Assembly: GCA_965203515.1 (NCBI GenBank)
Contig: OZ241907.1
Span: 1,056,001-1,120,000, forward strand
Direction: 5' to 3'
Length of the DNA stretch: 64,000 nucleotides
From: Spirochaetia bacterium
Lineage (GTDB): Bacteria; Spirochaetota; Spirochaetia; SZUA-6; Bin103
Shown here: in pieces, positions 62,592 through 64,000 of the stretch
Layout of the letters: each line of letters begins with the position of its first letter
Numbering within the stretch: the first letter of the stretch is position 1
Notes under the pieces: model-generated
What the model saw: only the letters and a program-made list of their open reading frames with translations
What the model was told of the DNA's origin: nothing
The model's database searches: none
Made by a program: the position numbers and the translations under genes

Positions 62592-62704
62592 GACCGGGGC
62601 CTGTTCGACCGGCCGGCAGGATGGAGCGGCGCCGCCGCGGTGTCAAAGCGCGCCGCCCGCGCGGCCGTGTTGCCGGCCCGCCGGACGGGCGGTAGGCTCG
62701 CGCC

Positions 62705-63748
62705 GTGGCCACGGAGACGGCCCGAGCCGGGCGCGGCGCATCGGAGGGCCGGCAGTCGGGATGGCAGGCTTGGTGCGCGGCGCTGCAGCGCGGCACCGAG
62801 CGGCTGCTGACCGGCCGCCGGCGCCGCCGGTTGCGGCGCCGCGAGCGCCACCGGCGGCGCAGTCTCATCGTCGAATGGCTCGACGTGATCGGATCGACCG
62901 TGCTCATCGTCCTGGTGATCAACCAGTTCCTGTTCCAGGCATACAAGATCCCCTCGCAATCGATGCGTCCGACGCTGGAGATCAGCGATCGCATCTTCGT
63001 GAACAAGCTCCTGTACGGTCCCGAGCTGGTGCCGGGCCAGGTCAAGCTGCCCGGCCCCCGGAGCCCGCAACGCGGCGAGGTCATCATCTTCGAGAACCCG
63101 AGCTACGTGCCGATCGGCCCGCTCATGGACATCCTGAAGCGGGTCGTCTACATGGTGACGCTGTCGATGGTCGACATCGACCGCGACGAACACGGCAGGA
63201 CCAAGCACCACACCCTGATCAAGCGCGCGGTCGGCGTCGGCGGCGATCGCATCCGCCTGCGTCGGGGCGAGGTGCAGGTGCTGCTTCCGGGAGCGGACGA
63301 ATGGATCGACGAGCCGGCGCTGCAGGCGGCGTTCGGGCTCGACTACCGGCCGCGCCGGAGCCCGGACCTGGTCGATTACGACGTGCTGCAGGCCGGCGTC
63401 GTGGCCGAGACCAGGATGGCGGCGGGCCAGCCGCTGACCGAGGCGGAACGGGTCGATCTGAACCGATGGAAGCAGCGGCAGGCGACCGGCCGCACCGACC
63501 GGATCTTCTGGGAACACTGGCGGTTGCGCACCATCGTCGAGGCGGACCCGACCGATCGCAACGCCGCCCGGCAGTGGCAGTTGCTGGAGCGCGGCTGGCC
63601 GGTGCCGGCCGGCGCGGTGTTTCCGCTGGGAGACAACCGCGACGAGTCGAACGACGCCCGCTACTTCGGTCCGGTGACGCTCCGCCGGGTGCTCGGCAAG
63701 GCGATGTTCCACTACTGGCCGCCGGCCCGCTGGGCCGGCATCCGCTGA
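62705..63748 (+). CDS. lepB: Signal peptidase I
   Basis: IPSQSMRPTL, IKRAVG, GDNRDESNDARYFG. Confidence 0.93.
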   Translation: MATETARAGRGASEGRQSGWQAWCAALQRGTERLLTGRRRRRLRRRERHRRRSLIVEWLDVIGSTVLIVLVINQFLFQAYKIPSQSMRPTLEISDRIFVNKLLYGPELVPGQVKLPGPRSPQRGEVIIFENPSYVPIGPLMDILKRVVYMVTLSMVDIDRDEHGRTKHHTLIKRAVGVGGDRIRLRRGEVQVLLPGADEWIDEPALQAAFGLDYRPRRSPDLVDYDVLQAGVVAETRMAAGQPLTEAERVDLNRWKQRQATGRTDRIFWEHWRLRTIVEADPTDRNAARQWQLLERGWPVPAGAVFPLGDNRDESNDARYFGPVTLRRVLGKAMFHYWPPARWAGIR

Positions 63749-63825
63749 CCGGGCGCCGCCGCCCGGGGGCGGGCGATTTGACGGCGGCCGACCCCCATGG
63801 GTAGCATGGAAGCCGGGGAGGGGGG

Positions 63826-64000
63826 ATGTCAGGTCACAGCAAGTGGCACTCGATACGCCACAAGAAGGGGGCCGCTGACGCCCGGCGCGGCAAGCTCTTC
63901 GCCAAGCTCATCAAGGAGGTCACCGTCGCCGCGCGGCTCGGCGGCGGCGGCGAAGACGCCAACCCGCGGCTCCGACAGGCGGTCCTGAAGGCGCGGGCGG
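63826..64000 (+). CDS. yebC: YebC/PmpR family protein, N-terminal part
   Basis: [36 protein letters not shown]; runs off the window. Confidence 0.93.
   Translation, partial: MSGHSKWHSIRHKKGAADARRGKLFAKLIKEVTVAARLGGGGEDANPRLRQAVLKARA

Overview
High-GC bacterial chromosome segment, probably from a spirochaete (inferred from the complete V/A-type ATPase operon, a FliG-like gene and the smpB-SUMF1/PEGA-lepB-yebC neighbourhood). The core regions encode two molybdo-flavoenzyme clusters (a partial large subunit, xdhC and coxG-S-M-D-E; and a complete M-S-L-moaD set), metabolic and transport genes, an ECF sigma/anti-sigma pair, a V/A-type ATPase operon with a Na+-type K subunit, ddl, crtI-crtB, tRNA-Glu(CTC), tmRNA, smpB, lepB and yebC. 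A rearranged accessory island spans about 11.2-28.6 kb. It looks like an amplified, eroded defence locus (hsdM/S-HNH-AIPR-MNT-HepT-hsdR) with three AIPR copies in three states of decay and two intact MNT antitoxins whose HepT toxin is internally deleted. The island also holds an IS3 nested in an ISL3 (both with terminal repeats and target duplications), a secreted hexapeptide-repeat gene between direct repeats, and two lower-GC lipoprotein paralogues built from an unrecognised two-cysteine repeat with constant scaffold and variable loops; these lipoproteins are the most novel-looking feature. A small prophage relic lies next to the tRNA 3' end. Several genes appear to use non-canonical starts (CTG, ATC) or leaderless promoters. 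All calls come from reading the sequence by eye; no searches were run.
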